This document shows positions 62,751-64,000 of a stretch of DNA of 64,000 nt, piece after piece. The stretch lies in the NCBI GenBank assembly GCA_024679065.1, contig JAGIQG010000007.1:65224001-65288000 (forward strand), given 5' to 3'. The DNA is from Sphyrna mokarran. Lineage: Eukaryota. How positions within the stretch are numbered: the stretch's first letter is position 1; the number at the start of each line of letters is the position of its first letter. A model generated the notes under the pieces. That model did not search any database. It had not been told where the DNA came from and worked only from the letters and a program-made list of their open reading frames with translations. A program made the position numbers and the translations under genes.

Positions 62751-64000
62751 TTAAAAGTGGAATGCCAGGTATTTATTATCATCGTATTATTTTCAGATCT
62801 AGAAACTTGTGAGAAACACAATTTGCCAATAAATAGGAGTAGCCTATGAAATATGTAATTAACCTCTTCAGTAGTGTAAATTTATGTTTATTTTTGAATA
62901 AGGATAGTAGTATTAACTTAAAGCTAGCTTCAATATAAATTATATACAACTTTGGTGTACAATATCTGAAATACCAACGGGATGCATCAAACTGATGAGT
63001 ATGCTAAAGCAATACTGAACATATTATTTAGTAACTTGTTTGCATTGCATAGGTTTTATGTAATATATTCATATGCAAGTCAGCAAATCCTGTATAGTAC
63101 AGGGAAACAATTGTTAACCAATCAGATATAAGTATTTATTTTTCCACGAGGTTGGGTATACAATGGAAATCTCTGGAAAAATGCAATAGCAGTCAGAACC
63201 CTTCTACAAATTAAACCAAAGATCTTTATTTATTTTGACTGGTTACTGTAGAACTCTTGAATTCATAGGCTAATTACGTTTATTGAAGTAAATCATTCCT
63301 TTTGTTTTCACTTTTACAGTAGCAAACGTGGCAATGGAAAGAAATAGGTAGACTTGTGGTGTTGCTTGTTCTATTCATTAGAAGCTGTTATCACTGGAAG
63401 TTCTGTAATTTTAAATTCAGCTATAATCCTTAAAAGGAAATTGTTAGGGTTATCTAAAATGGATCAGCATCTGCAAATCTATGTGAACTACTTAAATGGT
63501 TAATTTTTATTGTAGTTGGATCCTCGGTTCTGATTGGTAATGATAGAAAACAGGAATTTGAACAAATGAGAATAGTCAGATGATCAGACCCTGGTTATTT
63601 AAATCAGCTGTTGAAGTGTGAGGTACACGCTATGGTATTCAAATTTAAACATTAACACTCGCAGTTATGGTGTGACACACTATTTACTAAATCTTTTGTT
63701 ACAAGTATTGTCTACATATGAAATGCAGGCTGATAAACACATTAAAGTCGGATGCAAAATCAGAGAAAATAAACTCCTTTCTCTGCTAAAGTGCATTGAA
63801 GAGAACATCTGGGATGTGAATTATTCATGTTTTGTGAATAATTTCTCACATTAATGTGCAATCATGTGTCATTATACAAGGATTCCTTAGTTTGTTAATT
63901 TGGGCAAAATTGGTTTCCTATTAAATGTGTTTTTTGATTTTATTTCTAGGATATTTACAAAGTAAAAATAGAATAAAATCTGGTTTCAGTAATCCAGTTT

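Noticed and set aside
63925-63985. Acceptor tttctag|G followed by AATAAA as a terminal exon
   Set aside because: AT-rich context at the window edge, where such motifs are frequent; it cannot be supported.

Overview
Eukaryotic, AT-rich, repeat-dense vertebrate DNA. The repeat complement (HE1/V-SINEs, Deu-domain SacSINE1-like SINEs, CR1, Rex1/Babar, Penelope) points to a cartilaginous fish, most likely a shark; this is an inference. The only protein-coding exon I can support is coding exon 1 of TOX (thymocyte selection-associated HMG box) on the minus strand, 41495-41391, MDVRFYLQTAPPANISTDTPCLGPSPCLDPYYSNK, followed by a phase-0 GT donor. Positions 1-41390 are the first 41 kb of TOX intron 1 (exon 2 not found). 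Positions above about 42100 are upstream/intergenic DNA. Every other ORF I could assign is a decayed transposon remnant (CR1, Rex1/Babar, RTE, Gypsy, Penelope GIY-YIG, Harbinger Myb/SANT); the rest look like chance ORFs. I see no prokaryote-type system (no CRISPR, operon, rRNA or true tRNA) and no evidence of a wholly new biological system. The best leads are uORFs and a RUNX+ETS motif in the TOX leader, a transposon-free zone at the start of the gene, Penelope fragments ending near a predicted hammerhead cleavage site, nested insertions with readable TSDs, and a possible divergent spliced transcript. Repeat family names come from my recollection of consensus sequences, not a database search. 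Repeat boundaries are approximate unless a TSD or TIR is quoted.
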